DNA of 64,000 nt from Psilocybe cubensis (lineage: Eukaryota), in assembly GCA_017499595.2 (NCBI GenBank), contig CM038998.1:1860001-1924000 (forward strand). The letters run 5' to 3'. Below, in pieces: positions 12,277 through 24,082 of the stretch. The notes below the pieces were generated by a model. That model saw only the letters and a list, made by a program, of their open reading frames with translations. It was not told the DNA's origin and did not search any database. Position 1 is the stretch's first letter. Each line of letters opens with the position of its first letter. The position numbers and the translations under genes are program-made.

Positions 12277-13367
12277 TTACATGAATTGTTTGGCCTGGAG
12301 ATTGTTAGCTAAACTGCGCAAGGAAGATTTATAACTCACGAGGCCCATAAGACCACTCAGCCCACCGGAGTTACTGCCACCCACTGCTCCGCTGAATTTG
12401 GACTGAACCAAAAGCTTCATGACGGTCAGACCAGCAGAATTGACTGCATCCTGTTTGTTGCCAGACGCTGCCCCACCAGATTGGTCAAATAATTTAGTAG
12501 CCTCTGCCATGGCCAGACTGATAAGCTGTGTCTGCGATCCACTCCCTCCACCGGAACCAGATGTGAATTGCTTGAGGACCTGAATGGGAAATAGTGGCAC
12601 CGTGAACAATGTCGCCCATTGTGTATATTTTTAGAACAAAGGTCGGGCTACGGTCCGGCCGTACTCCCGAGCCCGATGAAGGGCCCTTTGTCAACGAATT
12701 TTGAATTTGTGACTTACCTGAAGGGCAGCTGCGCCACCCAAATCGTGGGCGCTCAGACCACTCGAATCACCGTTGCCATACGCCTTTGAATGGGCACTTG
12801 TGACAGCCTCTTCGTCAACGGGCTCTTGGTGTTTGTGCTAACGGGTCCAGGCAAAAAAAGTCGGAGTCAGTATTGGGCCTTGCAACTAATTCGGTTCCCG
12901 GGATGCCCAGTGGCGACCGTGATGAATGGGGCATACCTTGTTGCTCGAGATGAAGCTCAAGGCGCTTGAGAAAAGGTCTGAGCCTCCTGATCCGTGCTCT
13001 TGCGCAGTGCGAATAGCTTCGTCTTCGTCAACTTGTACGTACACCGACGTCATCAGCAAAGAGATCGCGTCAAACAATAAGTATCATCAGAACGCTCACT
13101 GTTGGGACCATCGTTAGAGCGGTGGTGGGACGGGCGATTGTCGGGAGAGTTGTAATCTTGGCCTCCGGTCTTTGATACGTTCTCTTTAGAGGCGAATGTC
13201 AGAAACGATCGTGCATCGATCGATGGATCCTCGCCGTAAGGCTGGAGACTTTTTACCTTGGGAATCCTGATAAGCGCTGTAGCCTTGTTTAGCGAGATTA
13301 ATGAATGTGTCCTGTTACTCTGTCAGTAAATCTAGTTATCTTTCCGCAAAGAATTATGACGAACCAT
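12277..13367 (-). CDS. beta-fg: Beta-flanking protein (conserved hypothetical protein flanking the HD locus)
   Basis: ATG|intron|DTFINLAKQGYSAY..., DEDEAIRTAQEHGSGGSDLFSSALSF, AHDLGGAAALQ, LISLAMAEATKLFD, KQDAVNSAGLTVMKL, GLMGLAKQFM*. Located directly after HD2. Confidence 0.88.
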
Positions 13368-13635
13368 GATTCAGATGTGCTAGTTAGAGGTGTCAGTAAT
13401 AGTCAAGTAAGATCCCCAGCTCAATATCCAATTCGTACAGATTGCGGCTATAAATACGCAAATGTGGATCAATTGGTGCCGACCCCGCCGACGTCATTTA
13501 TCCAAGCTCCTATTTCATCTTTTCTCCTCATTCTGTTCTCGCGGTTCGTCCAAGCCAAAATTGATTGATGTTATTATATTGTTACAGGTATACTACAAAA
13601 AGATGAAGAGCATAAACTTGGGGTTTTAAAGTAAA

Positions 13636-14820
13636 TTAATTCAAATGAGGTGGGGTTGAAACGTTGGCTGTGGAAGCATGAACGTCCTTCTTCGAAGGCG
13701 AAACCTCCGTCTTTTGATATGGCGTGTCGACAATTGATTTCCCAGATTCCAGAGGTGCTGTAGTTACACCAGGTACCCCACCCTGCGACGCTGTCCCTTT
13801 CGAATCGTGACCAGCGGTATGTGAGGGTGCGTTCTGGCCTTCAGCAGGAGCGATCAAATCATGGGCAGTGCCCAACACCGTGGCAGCGCCGCTCTGGAGA
13901 TGCGAAGCGACTGTAGGTGCGTTTTCCTTGGCGACATTGTACGCGGCAGCGGCGCCGGTTTGTACTCCAGACGCGACAGAGGCTGCGACAGGCTGGAGTG
14001 TAGCCGCTACACCGGCGACGACAGGCTCGACAGTAGCTGCGACATTGCTCGCCACAGGCTGAACGGTATCTACAACTGTATTGTAGGCAGAAGACGCATT
14101 GTTCTGAGCTGTCGTTGCAGCATTGGAGGCTGCGTTGCTGGTGGTCGTGGCTGCGTTTGAAGCACCACTGCGGGCGGCATTCCCTGCATTGGCGGCGGTG
14201 TTCTGTACCGATGCGGCAGCATTCGAAGCAGCGTTTGTGGCATTATCGACAACAGGGACTTTTCCTCCTATAGCTGTTGGCAGGTAAGCCTGTACAAATT
14301 CTACATTCAGTCTCCAAGCTCTACAGAAACCATCGAAGCTTACTAACCTGGGCGGTCTCCAAAGCAGAGCTAGCATATGACTTTGCCTGCTCGACATATC
14401 CAACAGTGGCAGCCTTGACATTCTCGACATCCTGCTTTCCTTCCTCAACAGCTGCATCCGTCGTCCGGGAAGCATCGCCACGGAACTGGCCTGCAGCTGT
14501 ACTAGCCTCTCCAGTCAACGATCTACCTACGGCCTAATGCACTATCAGCCATTAAACTAGCCTCGATATTCATTTATCATACCTTTGCATGAGCAGCAGC
14601 TTGCTGAGCAGCCTCTTTCACCCCCTCTGCATTATGTTCCACCTCACGCGCAACAGCAGCGTTCGGTGCATTCAATCTCGCTTCAGCAGCGGTTGTCTCG
14701 AGAGCAATTTGACTATACATTCCAGTCAGCTCACGTCCTATTTTCAAAATCAAAAACATACTCTTTCCCCGTAACTTCGGGGACGTTAAAAATGGTGCCT
14801 TTGTTGGTAGATCCAGACAT
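13636..14820 (-). CDS. Ala/Thr/Val-rich low-complexity hypothetical protein (LEA/perilipin-like amphipathic repeats)
   Basis: ATG 14820 (MSGSTNKGTIFNVPEV). Spliced exons contain AAVEEGKQDVENVKA, AYLP and repeated NAASNAA / V(Q/E)PVA units. Confidence 0.7.
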
Positions 14821-14895
14821 ATCAGCTATTATTCAGATTTCGAGTTGGTGAGTATGGTGTGTGTGTATAATGAATATCTACTCAAACACCTCTCC

Positions 14896-14969
14896 TTTAT
14901 ATACCACTGTTCGTATTGCTCCTCCAGAACCCACGATGACGTCATTACTATAATGATACAAATGACGTC
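14896..14969 (-). promoter_or_regulatory. TATA box (14896-14903) plus two CRE/ATF-like sites (ATGACGTCAT 14936-14945, ATGACGTC 14962-14969) upstream of the Ala-rich gene
   Basis: Motifs read directly. TGACGTCA is the established ATF/CREB consensus; function here is inferred. Confidence 0.5.
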
Positions 14970-15689
14970 GTTGATGCAAGTATGTAATTAGCGCCCCCTA
15001 TTCGCGTCACTCGAAGGTGTACAGTCTAGAAGATCTACAGATTGTAATCCACAAAATGACCGTCGATCGTTTCCTTGGTGGCATTCAAAAGTGCATCGTT
15101 GATCTCTGAGAGCGGAGTGAAATGGTTGGTCGAGTTCAGGCCAGATACAACTAGCACAGGTACAGAAAAAGGCTACAGTACACAAGTACATAAAACCACA
15201 AGTTTTACTGTACAGTGCTTGAAGGCAGATCCGCGAGTAACATGTAATCAAAAAAGGAGTGTAAACAATCTATCTATGGACTTGTATGTGCGGTGATAAG
15301 TACGTTACCAAAAGCCTGGCAACTTGTCGAGGGAGTGTGTGACTTGCCGGGGAAACAAAACGAAACAACATAATGAAAGTGAAAGAGAAACAAGAATGAG
15401 GATGAGAGAACTAGAGAATGAATGTGGGTAACATGCTCGAGATGGGGATGTGGGTGTGTGTGTGCTCATGTGTGGGTATGGAAAAAGTGCTGTTGAGTGG
15501 AAAAAAATTAGAACGGGTACGCTGGAGAGAACATTGAAGGAAGCGCATGAATAGAAAACAAGAAAATGAGAGTCGAACATGATAATGGTAAGATCAAGGG
15601 TTGGACAATTAAAAGGGAAAAAACGAAAAAGATGCGCGTCCATTTTTAATAAAAAGAAGATCGCGTGCGCGAACAGTGAGATATGCATC

Positions 15690-18600
15690 TCACCGTCCTT
15701 CCTCCTCCCACGCGCCCATCTTTAAAAACCTCGCAATAACATCTTCTGATTCTCTCTTGAACAAATCCACACCCCGCGCAGGATCCCACACCCTTGTGCC
15801 TTTTCTCGTCGGCTGTGGTAGACCTTGCAGACCTGGCAGCGGCGTTCCCTGAGAATGTTGCGAACCAGGGGACAACAAGAGTGCATGCCCGTCAGGTGGG
15901 GACAGCGGCCCCGCCGAAGAAACAGGCGAGCCCAATGACGAGTCATTCGAAGGACGGCGGGCAACAACAGAGGCCGTAGGCGACGTCCTGTTGGACAAAG
16001 ATGGATGCGCAGGCATCATTGTGGGTGGTGCAGAGTGTATAGCAGGCGAGGCGGTGGCAGGTACAAGAGTAGACGTGGACGAGTTTGACGTGCGAATTGT
16101 GGGTTTTGCAGGTGGTGCAAACGGCTTTGCATTGGAATTGCTCACTGCAGGCTTAACAGGAGGCGCGTGCGCATGATGCCCAGATGGTGGCCTGTGATTC
16201 CCAGATTGTGGTGCAGAGGACGATCTGGCAATAGGAGCAACTGCAGCTCGGAGGTGTTGCTGAGCCATCAACCTGGCATTCGGAGTGATAGTGCCAGACT
16301 TTGATTGAGATGCCGATTTTGCAGGTTGAGGAGGTGGCGAGACAAACCCTGAGGACCTGCCGGCGTTAGGTGGAGGAACGACAAACTCTCTCGCTGGCCT
16401 CCTGGGAGAGAACGAAGGCGACACCGACGTCTCCTTCTTTTTGTGGTGATGCTGCTGTTCAGCAGGACCCACGTTGACTGGGGGCCCAATAGAGACATCC
16501 CGAGTGGTTGTCATGGGCGCAACGACCGTAGACGCCGTCGCAGGCGCCCAATGCCTCCTATTGGACGCTGAACCCCTTCTCGCATGATAATGCTGCCTCG
16601 GAGACGGCGCCTCTACCTGAACCTGAATACCCTGGCTCCTCTTCTCCACAATAATCGTCTGCACGCCCCTGCTCCGATACTCTTTTTTCTTGTTAATCCC
16701 AAGGAGAGTGCTCGCAGTGACAACCGAGCCCCTCCTGGACCTTCTCTTTGCGTTTTCACGATCACTACCATCCTCATCATCCACCCATTTGGTGCTGTTG
16801 CTCGCCACAGGACGGCCTTCCTCGTCTTCCTCATCATCCGCATTATCCTCGTCGTCTCCATCTCGGCTGCTCACCTCTGCTCTCTCATCCCAACTTTTCT
16901 TTCTCGACACCTTTCTCGCATATGCATCATCCTCATATGGCGGTGCTAACTGAGGGGGATGCGGCAGTGGTTGAGCCGGCTTGACCAGCTTTGACGCATA
17001 CTTTTGAATACTCGGTACACTATCCCAAGCATTCGCATAGCTAAACGCACTCGGCAGGCCATAAAGCGGAGAAAGCTGAGTTGCACGCGTCGTTCCCGTG
17101 GACCTAGTCTCGGGTGTACTCGGCGTGGTTGTCGTGTCCGTGTGGCTTTGGCTCTGACTGCCTGGACTCAAGAACAGCGAGGGCGGGGGCGCGTCCGAGT
17201 CGGGAAAGACCCGTCCAGGCATAACGCGCGGCTTTTCCTCCCAGGGAAATATAGACTTGATTTTTTTCTTATCCGGACTAGGCGTGGATCCCGTTTGTAT
17301 ATCGCCAGTGACATTGCGGTAGTGACCCTGCTTGAGAAGCGTATCCGGTATCACCGGAGGCGGGGGCGGCTGGAAGAAGCCACCAGAATCGGGGGGAGAA
17401 GTGTGGGCGATTGAGGAGGAGGGTATTTGGTCGTTTTGTCTGGATGGAGTTTGGTCCCAGACATTGGCAAAATAGGTATCTGTGGGGAACGCGTTGGGGG
17501 CCGGAGTGACGTTTGGGGGTGGCTCAATTGCCGGATTCCAGGACATCATAGGGGGAGAAGCAGGGCGCTTGGGACTTTCGTGCTGTCGTTGTTCGTCATG
17601 ACGATAAGACTGCGAATTTTGAGGGGGGGAATAATGCTGGTGATGGTGGTGGTGTTCATGATTGGGAGTTGAACGGTGATGATGATGATGATGATGGCGG
17701 CTATCAGGTCGATTTTCGTGTGCAGAATCGGAACGCGCCAGCAGAAAACTTTCTGCCTCGCTTTCACTGGCGTAAAAGTCAGGGGCTGTAGTCGGTAAAG
17801 GGGCAAAAGGGGAAGGAGTAGGGGGTAGAGAGACTAGACGTAGGCGTGGACTAGGTGGAATTTCGTTTGGACCAGGAGTGGGCAGGGTACGCCAGCGGGG
17901 TTCATCGCCTAAACTAGCGCGTCGGGCGATAGGAGTCGCTAAAATTTCATCGTGAAAATGGAAGGGCTCTGTCGGAAAACGATCGGAATCGTCTGTATCC
18001 TGAGTATATGCGTTTATTGAAGGAGCACTGAGACGAGGATCGTGTGGTTTAACGACAGGTTCAACTGGTTTTGGGTCGGGCTTCCTAGGACGCATGAGAT
18101 CGACGCGACCTTGAAGAGGCATAGACTTGTATGCGCCCTCTCCGGGATGAGAATCCTCCTGAGAGGCATTGAGCCCCTGTATAGCCAGACGCTTGAGCTC
18201 GTCGAGATCTAGAGGGGCAGGAGGGGGATTTTGTGGTTCTGCAGAGGGGTCCCAGGCAGAGGTGTATCGCTTGATCTCAAACGGGGATTTTTGAGTGGGA
18301 GTAGAGGCATAATGGCGATCATATACATCGAACCAACGGTCGACAAGAGAGTCATAGTCATAGGTGGTCTGGGAAGACTGGGTTGATGGTTGACGACCGG
18401 GAGTACGATAGGGAATGTTATTCCAAGGTTTATTGGGGCCAATGAAATGAATAGCCTTTATCTGGGAACCGTAGCGCTCGTATGCGGGGGCGTATCTATG
18501 GAAGGCGGGGAAATTGGAAAAGCGATAAGGAGAAAGGAGGGAGATACTCACGTATATGCGGCGGTGGGAGTAGTGTTGTAGGTGAAACTGAGTCTGTTCC

Positions 18601-19196
18601 AATCGCCGTCGCGCCATTCATTGAGAAGACCTTGGTCACCACCATCCCAGGAGGGACGGGTGGCGACTAGCTGATAGAGCTGGTCGAATTTGTCCTGACC
18701 TGGAGAGAGAACGAGGACACCAGAGTTGAAGATGTCTGGCCAACCTACATCTGGGGCAGCGGAAAATTCGTGGGCAATGGAGAAGAGATGTGAGATGGGG
18801 CGGATGGGGAGGACATCTGCATCTAGAAAGACGATTTTCTGGAACTGGGTGAGACGGAAGACATGGAGCTTTGTGAGGACGGTGGTTAGATCGGGGCGAC
18901 CTGTTGAGAGAATGAGCAGAGATTAGAGAGAGAGATAAATGAGACGAACCGAGGAGCTTGAGACCAGCGGGATTGTGCTGCTCGAGGATCTCTACACCGA
19001 CGACGAGATCGAACGCGCGACGGAGAGCCTTGATGGTAGCGACATCGAGAGACTCTGGGGTGACGAGACAGACGGTGTGGAAGTCGTGCTCTGGGGGCTG
19101 GGCGGGGGAGGGGTGTATGTCGCGGAGAGCGGCGACCTGAGCGAGTGCGCCTGGGAGATAAGCGTCTGAAGAGACGAGGGTGACAAAGGCGAACAT
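15690..19196 (-). CDS. GLG: Glycogenin-like glycosyltransferase family 8 protein with a very long disordered C-terminal extension
   Basis: MFAFVTLVSSDAYLPGAL, LGRPDL..VLTKLHVFRL, VFLDADVL (DxD), PDVGWPDIFNSG, SWDGGDQG, HFIGPNKPW. A glycogenin gene is known to be linked to agaric HD loci. Confidence 0.92.
17677..17697. repeat. (GAT)n/(CAT)n trinucleotide run encoding poly-His in glycogenin
   Basis: gtgatgatgatgatgatgatg; translates to HHHHHHH on the minus strand. Confidence 0.8.
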
Positions 19197-19307
19197 GCCA
19201 GGTTGAGTGGCAGAACAAGGCCGGAGAGAGAGAGGGCTGAAAATAAAGCGACAACAAGTGTCAACACGGACTGACATCATCGGCTGTCTCACTCGTCGGT
19301 GAGGGTG

Positions 19308-21421
19308 ATGGGGTTTGTACGGCTGCGCTATGTGCTCGCAGTGCCTGTCGTGGGGCTCGCTGCGTGCCATGTCTCCCCTGCTCGACCAACCATTATTCCT
19401 GTTTCGCGGAGACCGCGGATTGTGTACTCGCCAAACGAGGAGCGACTGTCTCTGCGGGCACTGCTGCAGACCCATCTCATTGAGCCCCTGCTGACTGCAC
19501 GCCGCTTTGTCTATCTGCTGCTCCTCTTTGCCCCCGTCCTCCTCGCCAGCCCCATGCTGCTCGTCGGCCGCCCGGATCCCCGTCTCGCCGGCGACCGCTG
19601 GGGCGCTGTCTGGTGGTACGGCCTCCTTGTCTCCCGTATGGAGGCTGCCGGCCCTACCTTTATCAAGGTCCGTCTCCCCCAGTTGTTCCTCTTCTCTGCT
19701 AACTCGCCCCCCAGCTCTCCCAGTGGGCCGCTTCCCGTGCCGATCTCTTCCCCGCCCTCCTCTGCCGCTCCCTTGCCGCTCTCCACTCTCAGGCAACTCC
19801 CCATCCTCTCGCACACACAAAGGCAGTCATCCGCGCCGTCTTCCAGCGTCCCTTTGACGATGTCTTCGAGTCCTTTGACGACACTCCCATCGGCACAGGC
19901 GCCATCGCACAGGTCTACCGTGCAACTCTCAAGCAGGATCTCATCCCTCCCAGCTATCTCGGTCCCCGTCGCAATCCTTCCAGCGCCCTCGCTCCCGTCA
20001 TTCTCAAGCATCCTCTCCCCTCCATCCCCACCGCCTCTGTCGCTATCAAGATCCTACATCCCCATGTCGCCAACACCATCTCCCGCGACCTCAAGATCAT
20101 GCACTTTTTCGCCAGGTGCATAAACCTCATTCCTGGCATGCAGTGGATTTCTCTCCCCGAAGAGGTACAGGTATTTGGTTCCATGATGAACCAGCAACTC
20201 GACCTCAGGCACGAGGCTGACAATCTTCTCACTTTCGAGTCCAACTTTGCCGCACGCAAGGTCCCTGTCACTTTTCCCCGCCCTCTCAAAAACTTTTCCA
20301 CCCAGCATCTCCTCGTAGAGGAATACATGAATGCCCTTCCCCTTGAAACTTTTCTGCGCAACGGCGGCGGTCCTTTCGACGACCAACTCGCCACTTTTGG
20401 TCTCGACGCCTTCCTGGTGCGTTATTCTCTTTATCTTTTCTACCCATCATCTTATCCCATGTAGAACATGCTCCTTCTCGACAACTTTGTCCACTCTGAT
20501 CTCCACCCAGGAAATATCATGATCAAATTCAGCAAACCCCCAACCACCCGTATCCTCCTCGAAAACCTCTACCACAAGTACATCACCCCTCTCACTTCCC
20601 CAGCCTCTGCCAACGAGCCCATGGTCGCCGCAGACTACTCCGACTCTGACTCTATCGTCTCCCGTCTCCGCACCCTCAAAAATGACCCCGAAAAATGGCG
20701 CAGTGCACTAGACGACCTGCACGAAGCAGGCTATCTCCCCGAGATCGTCTTCATCGACGCCGGCCTCGTCACAACCCTCAGCGACACCAACCGCACCAAC
20801 TTTATCGACCTCTTCCGCGCCGTGGCAGAGTTTGACGGTTACCGCACAGGCCAACTCATGGTCGAGCGCTCTCGTTTCCCCGAGCTCGCCATCGATACAG
20901 AGACCTTTGCCCTCAAAATGCAGCACCTCGTCCTCAACGTCAAACGCAAGACATTTTCCCTCGGCCAGATCAAGATCTCCGACCTGCTCTCTCAGGTCCT
21001 CAGAAACGTGCAGGTCCACCACGTCAAGATGGAGGGCGACTTTGTGAACACTGTCATTTCCATTTTGCTCCTCGAGGGGATTGGAAGGCAGTTGGATCCG
21101 GGGCTGGACTTGTTTGCCAGTGCCCTCCCAATTCTCAGGAAGCTCGGTGGTCAGGTCGCCGCAAGAGAAGGCGTCACTAAAGACTTGCCACGCAGCGATT
21201 TTGGCGCCTTGTTAAAGGCAAGTTCAAAGGGTGACAACCAAGTTTGAAGAAAGTGCTGACGCTTTTTAATAGTTCTGGGTGTGGCTAGAAGCACGCTCAT
21301 TCATCACATCGTCGATCATCAACGCGGATGATCTCGTTAAATACGACTTGTGAGCTTGACACTCTAATCGCTTCGCCCTATTCCTGATATATCTATTTAT
21401 AGATTATGTCCTAGCGTATAA
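19308..21421 (+). CDS. ABC1/UbiB atypical protein kinase, YPL109C/Cqd1 (ADCK2)-like
   Basis: AGPTFIK|LSQWAASRADLFP, PIGTGAIAQVY, VAIKILHP, QLDLRHEA, DNFVHSDLHPGNI, FIDAGL, LLEGIGRQLDP. Last exon LCPSV* ends at 21421. Confidence 0.92.
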
Positions 21422-21846
21422 CGCGCTCGTAGACCATCCCCCATCTCAGACTAATGTTTACTTGCACACGGACTTTTTTCTTCCTATTGTAACAACAAGT
21501 TATACAGTACATTACGACAAATGCATCCTGTAGAAATGACGAAATATACGTAACACCATATCTGCATTCTCCGCGCTCCGCGGTTGGAAAGTCGCGTCGG
21601 ACGCGTCAATTAATCAGAGCAATTAATGACGTTCTATTTTTAGAGAACCAATACGACGACACACCGCCCCCGCCTGTGTCATGACATCGATGGAATAGAA
21701 TATGGATTACAAACTAGCTACGATATCCGATAATAGTGGTGTTACATTGATTGTTCCAGTACAAATATAAAGAGCCCATAACAAAGAACCTACGACAAGG
21801 TAGATGGAAAACAAAGATGGTGCGTAGAATTGAGAAACCAAACTTC

Positions 21847-23936
21847 TTACGACCTTTCAAACGTAATGCCCGCTGAAGGGTAGTGCAGGTTTCCCCGCTC
21901 CCAGTACACAAGGTCAAGCGGGACACCGTGGCTCTGCGCGCCAAAATCCAAGCTGATCCAATAAGGTATACACCCAATCTCGGGCACCTTGTTCAACTCG
22001 GGGCGTCCAAGAGCCATACGGAACTCCCCAGTTCTGCCTGTAGGCCACAGCACCACAGGCCCACCTCCTTTCGCGTTCGGTTTCGCCTGCAACGCAGCGC
22101 CCGAAACAGCCCGCCCACCGCCGCCACCGCCACTCATGGCAAGCTCGAGGATTTGTAGCACGTCTTTACCGTCGATATTCAGCTTGGTGAGGTGCAAAGC
22201 GCCGTTCTTCACTGTAACCTCTGCGACGTCCTTGGCTGATTCGGGCGCATCTTCGGATTTCGACTCTCGCTCCGAGATCCACTTTCCTTGGAACCGTCTA
22301 CGAAGCTCGGCCTCGTGGAGCTTTTCGAATGCGGGTACATACCGCTTCGCAGTCTCCTTGAGCAATGTGACCGTGTCCGCGTTGCTCCCTGAGACCAGTA
22401 GCACAATCCCGAACGAGTATTCTGGGACAAGCGCAAATTCGGAGTGATAACCTGGGAGGTTGCCACCTAATAAAATTTTGAATGGGTACGGTGCGAAACC
22501 AAGATCTTTACAATAAGACTATACCTTTTGCATAGGCGGTAACACCAGCCAATGTCTGCGCTTCCCAAGGCGCGCCGACGTGTTCGCCGCCGGTTCCCCA
22601 TATATGTATGGGACGCAACCACTCACGCACAACGGATGCAGGTAACACGCCCCTGGCTCCAGTTGGCGAAAGCAGTGTCTTCATCAGCAAGGAAAGGTCC
22701 TTGAGCGAGCTATACTGGCCTCCAACGGGATCCATAAAATCGCCCATCCAGATATCGGCCCATTCCGAGTTTTTGGCAGGCACAGCAATATGTGCACGCT
22801 GCTTTTCACTCTCAGGCAAACGGAAGAAGCTGTTCGTCATTCCCAGAGGCTCGAAAACGTCACGCTTTAGCAGCTCAGCATGCGTACGCTGGAGAGAAGC
22901 GGGTTTCTGGAGGCTGTCCGCTCCGATGTTGGCGAGCCCAAGCAGGCCAAACCCGGTGTTGGAGTAGATAGGATAGGTGTATGGAACGTTGACGAGCGGT
23001 AAACGCGTGATGGCGTCAAACGTTGCGTTCGTGTCCCATGACTGGCTTGCCGTGTACGATGGAAACTCTTCAGGTGAGATAGGCCATTTTCCGATGTCTA
23101 TTGGCGGGTAGTCGCGTCCAATACCTGATTTTCCTTGTCCGTCAATGTGCGCAATTATTACAGTAATCCGACATACCCGCCATATGGCTAGCCAATTGAC
23201 GGAGAGAAATGCGAGGTTCACCGCCGTTACTCTTCGCACCCTTGAGGTAGTTCGCCCAGCCGTAGGATTCGGCAGGAAGAGAGATGTTTGCTACAAATTT
23301 GGCGACTGGGTCGTCCCTAGTACAATGTAAATCACTGGGCAATACCAGTTCCATGTTTTCTCACCAGTTCAAAAGACCTTTCTCTCTAAGTATGAGAGTC
23401 TCGAGGACCGTAAACATCTTCGATATGCTTGCAATCCTATAGATTGAATTCTCATCGACGACCTGAACTGGACCCTCCAGGTCGGTCTCGTTGGCGCGAA
23501 GGGTACCATAACCGCCAATAAAAATAGGACCAGCGGGGGTAACGATAGACAGAGAAATGCTATCGATTTCAGGCTCAGACGCTCGCTTTGTGAGATATTC
23601 GTCCAGATCTTTGGCAGCCTTCTCTATAAGGTCAGTGCTAGGACGCGGTGGGTGGTACGCAAACAGGTTTGGGGAAGGTGGTTGGCAGATGTTCTTTTTA
23701 GTCCAGGGCCATGTCATCGCATTGTTAAACAAGCTACTTTCAGGAAGAGATAGCGGGTATGGACCATCGAAGAGAGATATATAGCGCAAAAGGGCGACAG
23801 TGAGAAGAAAAGAGCAGACCCAGGCGAGTCTTTGTTTGAGAGAGCCTGAGCAAGCTGGGCGCTGGGAGCCAGACACACAGTTGCGGGCACATTGAGGCGA
23901 CGAAACACCGACAGCAGTCTTTTCTGTTTGTCCCAT
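21847..23936 (-). CDS. Beta-lactamase/transpeptidase-like serine hydrolase with an N-terminal hydrophobic segment
   Basis: YRIASISK (SxxK), LRQLASHMAG, PIYSNTGF (YxN), VFEPLGM, AKGGNLPGYHS. Confidence 0.9.
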
Positions 23937-24082
23937 ATGAGAGATGATGAGGGTCAAGAGAAGAAGAGGTCGGGTTTAAATGCCTCAGGCGTCAGGGGCT
24001 ATGCTGCTATGTCATTATCTCGAAACGGAAGCTATGTATAACTGGCTCGACGCCCTCCAGCTATCGTTATTAGTAATTGAAC

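Noticed and set aside
15305-15688. 127-aa hydrophobic ORF downstream of glycogenin
   Set aside because: An artefact of pyrimidine-rich low-complexity 3' UTR sequence; the same applies to the ORF at 11990-12247 after HD2.
18636-19820. 394-aa ORF appearing to extend glycogenin upstream
   Set aside because: The upstream part is antisense to the ABC1 kinase in GC-rich DNA. The GT8 domain begins at MFAFVTL (19196).
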